From Azolla caroliniana (Eukaryota; Plantae; Polypodiophyta): a DNA stretch of 64,000 bases. Where the stretch lies: contig JBHGNT010000007.1 in NCBI GenBank assembly GCA_043228905.1, positions 13,020,001-13,084,000 of the forward strand, in the 5' to 3' direction. Made by a program: the position numbers and the translations under genes. This document shows positions 12,946 through 24,683 of the stretch, one piece after another. Each line of letters opens with the position of its first letter. Position 1 is the stretch's first letter. Under the pieces are notes generated by a model. It searched no databases, was not told the origin of the DNA, and saw only the letters and a list, made by a program, of their open reading frames with translations.

Positions 12946-13080
12946 ACGTTTTAGATAATCAATTAAAGACCACTACAACATCATTGACTTAATGAAAAAA
13001 AATGACATATAAACTAAACACATGATTAGATGCGAGAAGAGAGAATAGAAAAAAAAATTCTAGAAAGAGTTACCGAAGTG

Positions 13081-14637
13081 ATAGGCAGGATCAAAACCAA
13101 CGTGAATAGAGGACTCACATTTCGGTTCGAGTACATAATGGTTAGTTATTTCGACGAAATAAAGAAGCAAAGGATTAAAAAGCATTCTAATGAAGTTGGA
13201 GGTTCAAATTTGATGGTGTATCCAGCAGTTACACGCAAACTGCGACATCTTGCCACAACCGAGTCTTAGATCACTTCTTTGAGAATCAAACACAGAAATG
13301 GGAATAGAGATGAATACTCATACACCAAAAGAAAGTACACAAGATGTTTACATGGAAAACCCTAATAGGGATAAACCACGGGAGCCCACGGACCTTAAAC
13401 TAACACTATATGAGAAAGTTGCAATCAAAGACTCGGAGGCAATGACCTTGAGCTCTGTTTCTTCGCCAAGCGTCGGTTACAATAGTGTATCGCTCTATAT
13501 CTCCTCTCTCTCTATACAACAATTTTGCAAATACAACACTTCACAGTTCACACAGTAAAGTGATTGCCCTAAGTCATATTTATACTTATATGAACTTAGG
13601 GCTATTTACAAATATCGCCTCAATAGGCTTACTCAACACATTTGCAAATATGTCTTCTCTTCCGGTTCTCACCGGATCCATCCGATCCAGTTTCGGAATC
13701 TCTTCCAGTTCTCACCGGGTCCTCTTCATTCCTAATTGAATCCCATCCGGAGAGACCAACTTCACAACAATCTCCCCCTTCACTCCGGCATGGATGTCTC
13801 GTCAACTCGATCTGATTTCAGCACGCGTCCAGCTTGTCGGTTGTCAACACCTTGGTCAACATATCCGACCCGTTCTCCTCCGTGTGGATCTTCGTCAACA
13901 TGAACTCTTGATCTTCTACTCTCTCCCGGATCCAGTGGTACCTCCGTTGGATATGTTTCGTCCAGGAATGGTAGGCCACGTTCCTTGCAAGGTGGACGAC
14001 ACTTTGACTGTCGTAGTAGAGCTAGTATTCCTCTTGTTGAATCCCTAGCTCTCCGATGAAGTCCTTCATCCAAATTAACTCCTTGTTGGCTTCCACAACT
14101 ACCATGTACTCCGCCTCTGTGGTTGACAATGCAACCGTCTTCTGTAGCCTCGACTGCCACGAAACAACTCCCCCTACATAAGTATTAGAGATCTAAGTAC
14201 TAAAGTAAGCTTAAGATAAGGATAAACAAATGATAGATAGAAAGGAGAAAGAGAAAGAAGGGTGCCGATCCACCCGACCACCCCCGAGCGAAGGGATCAA
14301 GACGGACTCGAGCCTCGATCGGCGTCCCATACCACCGTCGTGGCGTCGAGTCGTACTTGGTGATGGCGCGCTCGCTACAAGAGTTGACCCACCACAAGAG
14401 CAGAGTCTCGATGTAGTCAAAAGATGATCAAATGAGGGTAGCTAGGCCTCTTATTTATAGCGATACCCAAGGCCCCCAGGCAAGTTCACACTTGACCTAA
14501 TGGGTTGTCTCAATCCCGAGGATTAAAAGTAATCCTCCCCTTCTTTACACTCTCGTTTAACCCTCACACTTATCCACGTGTATAGAATACTACGGTAAAT
14601 TCTCACCACGGGATATTAAATGGTCATGCCCGTAACA
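13081..14637 (+). repeat. Direct duplication of 5949-7506 (MTase exon + Copia X 3' LTR/RNase H + G1 LTR)
   Basis: Collinear at offset about 7132 with scattered SNPs; duplicated ORF pairs such as 6166/13298 and 6648/13780. Confidence 0.95.
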
Positions 14638-14642
14638 ATAAG

Positions 14643-15710
14643 TCATGACATATCTGGATGGTGACCAGCTGGTATCCGCATCAGCCGTCATATCCGAATC
14701 AGTGAAGCCTTCCATGAGGGGTTTACCGGAGCCGAATGGAAGGCACATACTTAAGGTACCTTTCAAATACCGGAGTATCCACTTGACCGTGTCTCAGTGC
14801 TCTCTTCCGGGATTGCTCATGACCCGGCTGACTATACCTACAGCGTAACCGATGTTCGACCGGGTGCACACCATCACATACATCAAGCTCCCGACGACAG
14901 AGGCATATGGTGTCTTCATCATATCCATCTTCTCTACGTTTTTCTTCAGGCTTTGCTTTCCGGACAACTTGCAATTTTTTGGAAGTGTCGATCAGACTGA
15001 TTTCGTCTTCGACATGTTGAACCTTTGAAGCATCTTTGTCACGTACTTCTCCTATGACAACCACAACAGCTTCTCTGACCAGTCCCGGATGATGTGCATT
15101 CCCAATATATCTCTTGTTGGACCCAAGTCTTTCATTGAGAAGGTTCGGTTCAGAGCCTTCTTTAGCATCCGAATTTTGCCTTGGTCTCATCTGAAGATCA
15201 ACATATCATCCACATATAGGAGTATCAAGAGATCTCCTCCGTCAAATTTCTTCACAAAAACACAGTGATCGGCCTGCGTCTTGTGGTACCTGTGGTCGGT
15301 CATGAACGAGTCGAACTTCCGATACCATTGCCAGGGAGCTTGCTTTAGTCCGTATAAGCTCTTCTTCAACCGGCACACCAAATGCTCCTTCCCTTTCTTC
15401 ACAAATTCTTCCAGTAGATGCATGTAGATCTCTTCTTCGAGGTCACCATGTAGGAATGTTGTCTTTACGTCTAGTTGCTCTACCTCGAAGTCCATGCTTG
15501 CCGCTATGCTAAACACTGTCCGGATGGAAGTCATCTTAACTACCAGGGAAAAGATCTCGACGAAATCCACTCCTTTCTTTTGGTGAAACCCCTTCACCAT
15601 AATCCGCGCTTTGTATCTCAGTGGGTTTCCAACATCTCTCGTTTTTAGCTTGTGCACCCACTTGTTCCAAAGTGCCCTCTTTCCTTTCGGCAACTCTTAT
15701 CAGTTCATAT
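14643..15710 (-). pseudogene. pol: Copia X reverse transcriptase fragment
   Basis: KWVHKLK...YKAR, LKKSLYGLKQA, LLYVDDML. Confidence 0.92.
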
Positions 15711-18700
15711 TGTTGGGATTTCGGTCCCTCCGGATGGGATGTCCGGAGATGAATGACGGCAAGCCCGGAGGCTGTTACGGAACCGTATGATGAAGAGTAC
15801 CCGGCATGAAGCCGGATGAAGAGTACCCGGTTACGGAGCCGGATGATGAAGACCCCGGTTACGGAGCCGGATGATGAAGACCCCGGTTACGGAGCCGGAT
15901 GCTGAAGACCCCGGTTACGGAGCCGGATGCTGGGACATATTTGTGAATATGTTTGCTAAGAGCCCTTGAGGCTATATTTGTAAATAGCCCGAAAGTCATA
16001 TATGTATAAATATGACTTAGGGCAAACAGTTTTATGTTGTTGCTCATTTTTTTCTGTTTTCCATTTAGAGGGAGCGAAGTGAGAGCAGCCGAGAGAAAGA
16101 GAGAGAGAGAGAGAAAGGAAGAGGTCGACGCCTCTGTGTAATACCGCCGCCTGTGGCGAGGACAACGAGCTCAAGGTCGTCACCTTGCAGCTCGCCATTG
16201 TACATTCCCTGCGTATAGTGATAGTTGGAGTCTTGCACTCCCGTGGTTTTTCCCGCTTAGGGTTTTCCACGTTAATCACTGTGTATTCGTGTGTTTCTCT
16301 CTGTGGTCCCTATTTTCTACTGCATTGATTCGCGATTACTTGGTTGTGGCCGAGTGGTGAAGGTGAATCGGGCGGCCGATTCCCGACAAACTGGTATCAG
16401 AGCGACTGTAGTGCAGAGAATGGAAGGCGGCAGCAGCGGGCAGCCGGGGATGATGGTGCTGAATGCGCAGAACTACGCCGACTGGAAGATAAAGATGGAG
16501 GATCTGCTCATTGTTCGGGACCTGTATGAACCGATCGACAGGTCGGAAATACCCAAGGGGGTACTTGAGACGGAATGGAGGCTTCTGAACCGGAAAACCG
16601 TTGCAACCATTCGGCAATACATCGACGTGAGCGTCCTACAACATGTGGCGAACGACACCAACGCATATGAGATGTGGCGGAAGCTGTCGGGCCTCTACGA
16701 GAGGAAGAATGCGTTGAACCGGACCTCCCTGATGAGGAAGATAGTGAATCTCAAGTACCGGGACGGCGAGAGTATGGTGGAACACGTAAGCACGTTCATG
16801 GGATTCGTGAACCAGCTTGCGGCGATCAAGTTCCCGTTGGAGGATGCAATGCAAGCCATCATCCTGATGTGTACATTGCCGGAAAGCTGGGAGAACTTGG
16901 TGGTGACTCTCAGCACCTCCTGCACCGAAGATAACTTGTCCCTACAAACGGTAAAGACAAGTATTTTGAACGAAGAAGCGCGTCGGAGAGATAAAGAACC
17001 GGTCTCCGACTCGAAGGCGCTGCTTACCGAATCGGAACGGGGAAGACAATGGAACCGGAGTCCGCAAAGACGGGAGAAGTCGGGGACCCGGTCGCAGTCA
17101 AGAGGAAGACCCACATGCTTCCACTGTGGAAAGCCGGGGCACTTCCGGAAGAATTGTCGGCATTATCGAAAGGACAACGGAGCCGACGACACCGATTCGA
17201 AGAAGTCACCGGAGAGAAACGGTGCATACCGGGGAGCCACGGACCGGAGAGGTCCGGATCGGCGAGGGCAGGACCGGAAAGGAACAACAGCACTCGCGGC
17301 AAGTGAGGAAGAAATCATGCTCATCACCGAAGAAGGTGAACTGAACATTGCCGGCGATGAGACGACCTGGGTGGTCGATTCCGGAGCATCGTTCCACCTG
17401 ACCCCGGAGAGAAGATACTTCTCATCCTACACAGCCGGTGAACATGGCTGTGTTCGGATGGGAAATGAAGGTACGTGCCGGATTGCCGGCATAGGAGACG
17501 TGTGGTTGACAACCCCGACCGGATGCAAAATGCTGCTGAAGGATGTCCGACACGTTCCGGAGGTTCGATTGAACCTGATTTCGGCCGGGAGGCTAGACGA
17601 TGAAGGCTACACAGGTAGCATCCGGAACGGCGTAATGAAGTTCAGCAAGGGGAGCCTGATAGTGGCTCGGGCCCGGAAAGACAACACACTGTACCTGATG
17701 AATGCCCGGTTATGTCCGGAAGAGCTGAATGTGGCAGCTGACACTGCCGGTGAGCTATGGCACAAGAGACTGTGCCACATGAGCGAGAAGGGGATGAAGA
17801 GACTTGCCGAAGACAACCTGATACCGGTAAAGCACGTACACTTGGGGAACTGTACCGACTGTCTGGCCGGTAAGCAGAACCGAACCTCCTTCCGCTCAAG
17901 ACCACCGATGAGACGTAGTGTACCATTGGAGTTGGTGCACACTGATGTGTGTCAGGTAGAAACGAAGTCACATGGCGGAGCCCAGTACTTCGTAACATTC
18001 ATAGATGACCATAGCCGGAAGCTGTGGACGGCACCGTTGAAGACAAAGGACCAAGTATTGTCTGTCTTCAAAGAACTCCACGCGAGAGTGGAAAGGGAAT
18101 CCGGCAAGAAGCTGAAAGCGATACGAGCGGATAACGGAGGGGAATACCGGGGGCAGTTCCAGGAGTACTGTCTCTCGAAGGGAATCCGGCTCGAGTTTAC
18201 TGTGCCGAAGACGCCGGAACTGAACGGGCTGGCCGAGAGGATGAACCGGACCATAATGGAGAGGGTCCGGAGTATGCTGGCGCATGCGAAATTACCCAAG
18301 GGATTTTGGGCTGAGGCAATGTGGACGGCGACGTATGTGATAAATAGATCACCCTCAGTACCTTTGGACGGAGACACGCCGCAGAAAGTGTGGACCGGTA
18401 AGGAAGTGTCCTACCGGCATCTGAAGGTGTTCGGGTGTCTCGCATACGTGCATGTGGCAAAGGACCGGAGAGGAAAGTTGGATCCAAAGACCCGGCCATG
18501 CATATTCCTCGGTTACGGCGACAATGAGTTCGGCTACCGAGTATGGGACCCGGTCGACAAGAAGATATTCAGGAGTCGAGATATCATCTTCATGGAGGAC
18601 AAGACACTCGCCGACTGGGAGTCGGAGAAGAAGATGAAGAGCTCCAAGTCGACCGGTGAGGATAAACTCTACGAGGAGCAGTCCCGACCGGCAAGGGACC

Positions 18701-21208
18701 GGTTAGCACTCGAGGATCCGGCCGAAGACGGTGAAGAAACAGAACCGGCCGAGGAAGATGATACTGATACCGGAACCGGCCCCGATCCCGAAATGGATTC
18801 GGATGAAGAAGAAACGGAAGAGCCGGTTACCGAAGCTCCGGAACGGAGATATCCTCTAAGAGAGAGAAGGGCCCCCGGAGATTTCCGGAACCAGAACACG
18901 TGCTGCTAACCGACGAGGGGGAGCCAGAGAGTTTTGAAGAAGCAAAGCTTGACACCCATAGCCGCAGGTGGTTAAGTGCCATGCAGGAGGAGATGGATTC
19001 CCTGCATGAGAACCACACATATGAACTTGTGGAGTTGCCGAAAGGAAAGCGGGCACTTCGAAACAAGTGGGTGTTCAAGCTGAAACCGGGAGATGCCGGA
19101 AACCCCCCGAGATACAAAGCCAGGATCGTGGTGAAGGGGTTCCAGCAGAAGAAGGGCGTCGACTTCGACGAGATATTTGCCCCGGTAGTGAAGATGACCT
19201 CCATCCGGACGGTGCTGAGCATAGCGGCAAGCATGGACCTCGAAGTGGAACAAATGGACGTGAAGACGGCATTCCTTCACGGTGACCTCGATGAAGAGAT
19301 CTACATGCAGCAACCGGAAGGATTCGAGAAGAAAGGGAAGGAGCACCTGGTATGCCGGCTGAAGAAGAGCCTTTACGGACTAAAGCAGGCTCCCCGGCAA
19401 TGGTACCGGAAGTTCGATTCCTTCATGACCGACGAAGGGTACCACAAAACGCAGTCTGATCACTGCGTGTTTGTGAAGAAGTTCGAAGGAGGAGACTCTC
19501 TAATACTCCTCCTGTACGTGGACGACATGTTGATTGTCGGACGGGACCAGGTCAAGATACGGGCGCTGAAGAAAGCGCTTCACCGAACCTTCTCAATGAA
19601 GGACCTGGGTCCGGCGAGGCAAATACTAGGGATGCACATCATCCGGGACCGGAAGAAGAAGCAGTTGTGGCTGTCACAGGAGAAGTACGTGACAAAGGTG
19701 CTTCACCGGTTCAACATGTCGGAAGCAAGACCGGTCGGGTCAACCCTCCCGGCAAACTGCAAGTTGTCTAGCAATCAAAGCCCCAAGACAAAGGCTGAGA
19801 AGGAGGACATGATGAAAGTACCATATGCCTCTGCCGTCGGAAGCCTGATGTACGCAATGGTGTGTACAAGACCGGACATAGGATATGCAGTCGGAGTGGT
19901 GAGCCGGTACATGAGCAATCCCGGCAAAGAGCACCGGAACGCGGTCAAGTGGATACTCCGATACCTGAAGGGCACGGCAAACGTGTGCCTCCGATTCGGC
20001 TCCGGTAAGCCCGAATTCGACGGCTTTACCGATTCGGATATGTCGGCTGATGCAGATACCAGCCGGTCCACATCAGGGTATGTGATGACGTATGCAGGTG
20101 GAGCTGTTTCGTGGCAGTCGAGGCTGCAGAAGACGGTTGCGCTGTCAACCACGGAGGCGGAGTACATGGCGGCTGTTGAAGCCGGCAAGGAAATAATATG
20201 GATGAAGGACTTCATTAGAGAGCTCGGTATCCGGCAGGAGGAGTACCGACTTTACTGCGACAGTCAGAGTGCCATCCACCTTGCGAAGAACGCGGCCTAC
20301 CATTCCCGGACGAAACACATCCAGCGTAGATACCACTGGATCCGGGAGAGGATAGAAGACGAGGAGTTCGTGCTGACGAAGATCCACACGGACGAGAACG
20401 GGTCGGATATGCTGACCAAGGTGCTCACACCCGACAAGCTGGAAGCATGCCGGAAGAGGATCGGGTTGGAGAGACATCCCATGCCGAAGTGAAGGGGGAG
20501 TTTGTTGGGATTTCGGTCCCTCCGGATGGGATGTCCGGAGATGAATGACGGCAAGCCCGGAGGCTGTTACGGAACCGTATGATGAAGAGTACCCGGCATG
20601 AAGCCGGATGAAGAGTACCCGGTTACGAAGCCGGATGATGAAGTACCCGGTTACGGAGCCGGATGATGAAGACCCCGGTTACGGAGCCGGATGATGAAGA
20701 CCCCGGTTACGGAGCCGGATGCTGAAGACCCCGGTTACGGAGCCGGATGCTGGGACATATTTGTGAATATGTTTGCTAAGAGCCCTTGAGGCTATATTTG
20801 TAAATAGCCCGAAAGTCATATATGTATAAATATGACTTAGGGCAAACAGTTTTATGTTGTTGCTCATTTTTTTCTGTTTTCCATTTAGAGGGAGCGAAGT
20901 GAGAGCAGCCGAGAGAAAGAGAGAGAGAGAGAGAAAGGAAGAGGTCGACGCCTCTGTGTAATACCGCCGCCTGTGGCGAGGACAGCGAGCTCAAGGTCGT
21001 TGCCTTGCAGCTCGCCATTGTACATTCCCTGCGTATAGTGATAGTTGGAGTCTTGCACTCCCGTGGTTTTTCCCGCTTAGGGTTTTCCACGTTAATCACT
21101 GTGTATTCGTGTGTTTCTCTCTGTGGTCCCTATTTTCTGCTGCATTGATTCGCGATTACTTGGTTGTGGCCGAGTGGTGAAGGTGAATCGGGCGGCCGAT
21201 TCCCGACA
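15711..21208 (+). mobile_element. Young full-length Ty1/Copia (A)
   Basis: TSD CATAT at 15706-15710 and 21209-21213; LTRs 15711-16388 and 20503-21208; PBS tggtatcagagc 16392-16403 (tRNA-iMet); PPT gaagggggag before 20503. Confidence 0.97.
16420..20492 (+). CDS. gag-pol: Copia A Gag-PR-INT-RT-RH polyprotein with one frameshift near 18872
   Basis: ORFs of 872 and 530 aa; CFHCGKPGHFRKNC, WVVDSGAS, HTDV/DNGGEY/NGLAER, YVDDML, TKHI. One C is missing in a C-run relative to Copia B (40522-40528). Confidence 0.95.
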
Positions 21209-21699
21209 CATATGTGTGGTTCTGTAAAAGAATGCGTTGTACGGAAGCGTGTGCGAAAAACACAGAGTACACAGTTTGGAGGAATAAGACAATTAAGTAA
21301 AACACAGGAAACGCTGAGATGGAGATGGAGAGAGAGCAAACAACAGAAAACTCAAATTCCAAATAATGACACTGTTCTGTGTACATACTTCGTGCTCAGT
21401 GAGCACCTTATATACAAGCCCTGACAATCGGGCTAACACAAGTACTGACAGTATTTGACGCTCATAAATAAGCCACGACACTCACTCCCAAAATTATTCC
21501 TTACAAGGAATAACTTTCCAATGGCCTGTCGGTTTACGCACCGATACGACCAAGTTTTGCATCCTAACTTACGCGTTCAGCCTACGCACTGGGTTACGCG
21601 TTATATTACACACCCAATGTTGAGCTTGCATCTCAACACTCACCCTCAAGCTCAACTTGAGGTTCCGTCCACTCTTCCGAATCTACACTCCGGTTCCTT

Positions 21700-24158
21700 C
21701 TGGCTTCACGCCTCGCTCACGCTCCTCGAACCGTTCGATTCCATGCGCTTCGACCGTTCCGGTCGGCTTGTTTGCTTGTTTGGCCCTTCTCAGCTCCCTT
21801 GCTTTTGTGGTGTCGGCGCGTCCTTCGCTGCCCTTTTCTCTGCATGGCCTTCAGTTGATTCGACGTATCCAAATCGAACATTCCGATTGAATCGAACGCT
21901 TCCAATTCAATTCCGCTCACATCTGAATTGGCTGTCTCCAATTCATCTCCTCTCTTTAGGCCTTTGACTACATTAGACCACGTCTTGGTCTTGGCCTTTA
22001 CACCCTTCTTGGCTGTATCTCCCCCTGATTTGGCTGTCCTTGGCTCTTCCCTACGATTGCGGCCCCTCCTTTCTTCTTCGGTTTCTTCAGCCGGTCCGAA
22101 ATCGAATTCTTCATCCGATTCCTCATCACGGTCACTTCCGCCGTGATGAACACCTCCACTCCTTTCACGCTCTTGTTCCTATTTGTCTTCCTTTCTCCCC
22201 CTCATGTTCGGCATGTCGAAGTGATGCAACCCTAGCTCACCCGAGAAATGTCGTCACTTGTCGAGACCAAGAGGCTTGGTGAAGATGTTGGCAACCTGCC
22301 GATCAGTCGGAACATGCACCAGTCCGACTTCACCTGAAAGGACCCGCTCGTGAACAAAATGGTAATGCACCTCAATGTGCTTGGTCCAAGCGTGAAAAAT
22401 GGGGTTCTTCACAAGGTGGATACTGTTGAGGTTGTCACAAAAGATCGTCGTCGGATCAGACACCTCTACCTGCAGATCCCGTAATAGCCGTTTCAGCCAA
22501 ATGACTTCGCACATAGCGACAGTTGCCCCTCGATATTCGACCTCCGTGCTCGACATTACTACTGTCTGCTGCTTTTTGCTGCTCCACGCGATCGCCGCAC
22601 TGCCTAACGAGAAGGTGTATCCGGATGGGGATCTACAATCACTGGTGTTTCCAGCCCAATCGGCATCTGTGTAGCCGACTAGTTGTTCGGCTACGCCTGC
22701 TCGATATAGCAACGCCATGTCTTTCGTGCCACTGACATAACGCAGTATCCATTGCGCGCACTGAAAGTGCTCAGTAGTAGACTGTGACATGAATTGACTG
22801 ATTAAGCCGACCGGGGTAGCTAAGATCCGGCCGAGTAATCGTCAAATAGATAAGGCTCCTGACAATCTGTCGAAACTGTGTTGGGTCGCACGCCTTGCCC
22901 GAATCTGGGTGAAGCTTCATGTTTCTATCCTGAGGGGTCGAGATGGGCTTACAGTTTGCCATACCAAACTTGAAGAGCATATTTAGCTCGTAATGACATT
23001 GGCTGAGCAATATGCCTTCGGGGGTATGGATCACTTCGATCCCGAGGAAGTAATGAAGGTCTCCGAGATCTTTCATTTCAAATGAGGCCGCAAGTTGAGA
23101 CTTCACGCGACGGATTTCGTCAAGGTCGACACTGGCGATGACTAAATCATTAACGTACAGGAGCAGGCTAACCGGTCCATATTGTCCTTGCCGAACAAAT
23201 AGAGAAGAGTCTGATTTCGATGGCGCAAACCCCATCCTACGCAATTGTTGCGTAATCTTTGCATTCCAAGCTCGCGGGGCTTGCTTTAGTCCATATAAGG
23301 CTTTCTTCAATCGGCAGACTGCCAAGGTGTTTTGTTCGGATAGAAATCCGGGGGTCTATACCATGTAGACCTGTTCCTGAAGATCACCTTGTAGGAACGC
23401 ATTCCTTACATCCATCTGATGTAAGTGCCACCCCTTTGCCACTACTAAGGCTAGCAGGACTCGCACGGTAGTCATCTTTGCGACAGGCGTGAAGGTCTCT
23501 TCATAGTCCACGTTGTGCTTCTGTGCGTAGCCTTTTGCTACTAAACGGGCCTTATAGCGGTTGACGGAGCCGTCCGTGTTGTGTTTCACTTTATACACCC
23601 ACCAACAGCCGATCGACATCACACCCTTCAGTGCATCAACTAGGTCCCATGTCTCGTTCTGCGTTAAGGCACACATCTCTTCCTCCATTACGGCACGCCA
23701 ATTTGCATCCTTCACCGCTTCTTCGTAGATCTCCAACTCACGCACTTCCGCCGCTCGTGTCATGTACCTTTCATTTGGCCCGCTAAGGCGAAATGAGATC
23801 GGACTCTCTCTCAGAGTTCCAACATCCTCATCATGCGGAGGCATTTCAGCCTTGCTGATCTCTTATTCAGAAATCGGAATGGAGTTTTGAGGTTTTGGAG
23901 GTGAACGCAAGTACCACAAAGCGGATTCGTCGAACACGATATCTCGACTCACGCGTACTTCCTTTATTCGGGGGTTATAACATTTATATCCCTTCTGTTC
24001 ATCTGGATGGAGGTGAAGGCAAGTACCACGAAGCGGATTCGTCAAACACGATATCTCAACTTACGCGTACTTCCTTTGTTTGGGGGTTATAACATTTATA
24101 CCCCTTCTGTTCATCTGGATAGCCGACTAAGATGCACTTTTCGGCTTTGGCGTCCAGC
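21700..24158 (-). pseudogene. pol: Copia C INT end, RT, RNase H and charged C-terminal extension
   Basis: RYKARLVAKGY, LKKALYGLKQAPRAW, YTDADWAG, TKHIEVHYHF; 112-bp tandem duplication at 23896-24120. Confidence 0.9.
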
Positions 24159-24591
24159 TGTCATGATATGACAAGACTCGAACCCATTACCTTATGCTAC
24201 AAGGGTCGAGCTCTTGACCATTAGACCATAGATTGTAATACGTAGAATATTATTTTTATTTATGTTTTATTATAGAAAATTGATGTATATTCCAAATTTC
24301 TCTGGAACATTCTAGAAACTTCATGAGTATTCCTCAAAACACTATAAAAGGAGGCACAAGGCATTATTTCGAACCAAATCGGTTCAATGCCAGTCTTAAA
24401 CCTCCTAAATACTATTGTACATTCTCTTCACATAATATATATCTTTTCTTATCATCACTCTCTCTCTCTCGATCTCCATCTCCCTCCCTCTCACTCACTC
24501 TTTCCTTCTCTCGAGAGTTCTTCACCTCTCTTAGTACTAATACTTCTTTTAGTACTAATTCCTTCTCTGTCTTAGTACTGTTGCTGACAGT

Positions 24592-24603
24592 TTGAACCGA
24601 TTT
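24592..24603 (+). promoter_or_regulatory. Self-priming primer-binding site of Gypsy D
   Basis: TTGAACCGATTT just after the 5' LTR is the exact reverse complement of AAATCGGTTCAA (24376-24387), which lies 33 nt downstream of TATAAAA (24343). Confidence 0.8.
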
Positions 24604-24683
24604 TGCCTCGTTCTTCCTTCCATATCTTCCTTTCCTCATCTTCCTTTTATCTTCTTATTAATCCTCTTATCCTCCCTAATAAA

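Larger units (their letters stand above)
7051..14637 (-). mobile_element. Ty3/Gypsy chromovirus (G1) inserted in Copia X RNase H
   Basis: TSD ATAAG at 7046-7050 and 14638-14642; LTRs 7051-7506 and 14183-14637; PPT 7507-7520; order gag-PR-RT-RH-INT-chromodomain. Confidence 0.92.

Noticed and set aside
18860-18910. Possible programmed frameshift between the two Copia A ORFs
   Set aside because: Copia B is continuous here; A has simply lost one C in a homopolymer (mutation or sequencing error).
16336-20554. Many overlapping short ORFs on both strands (also 38039-42749)
   Set aside because: Shadow frames of GC-rich Copia gag-pol and LTRs.
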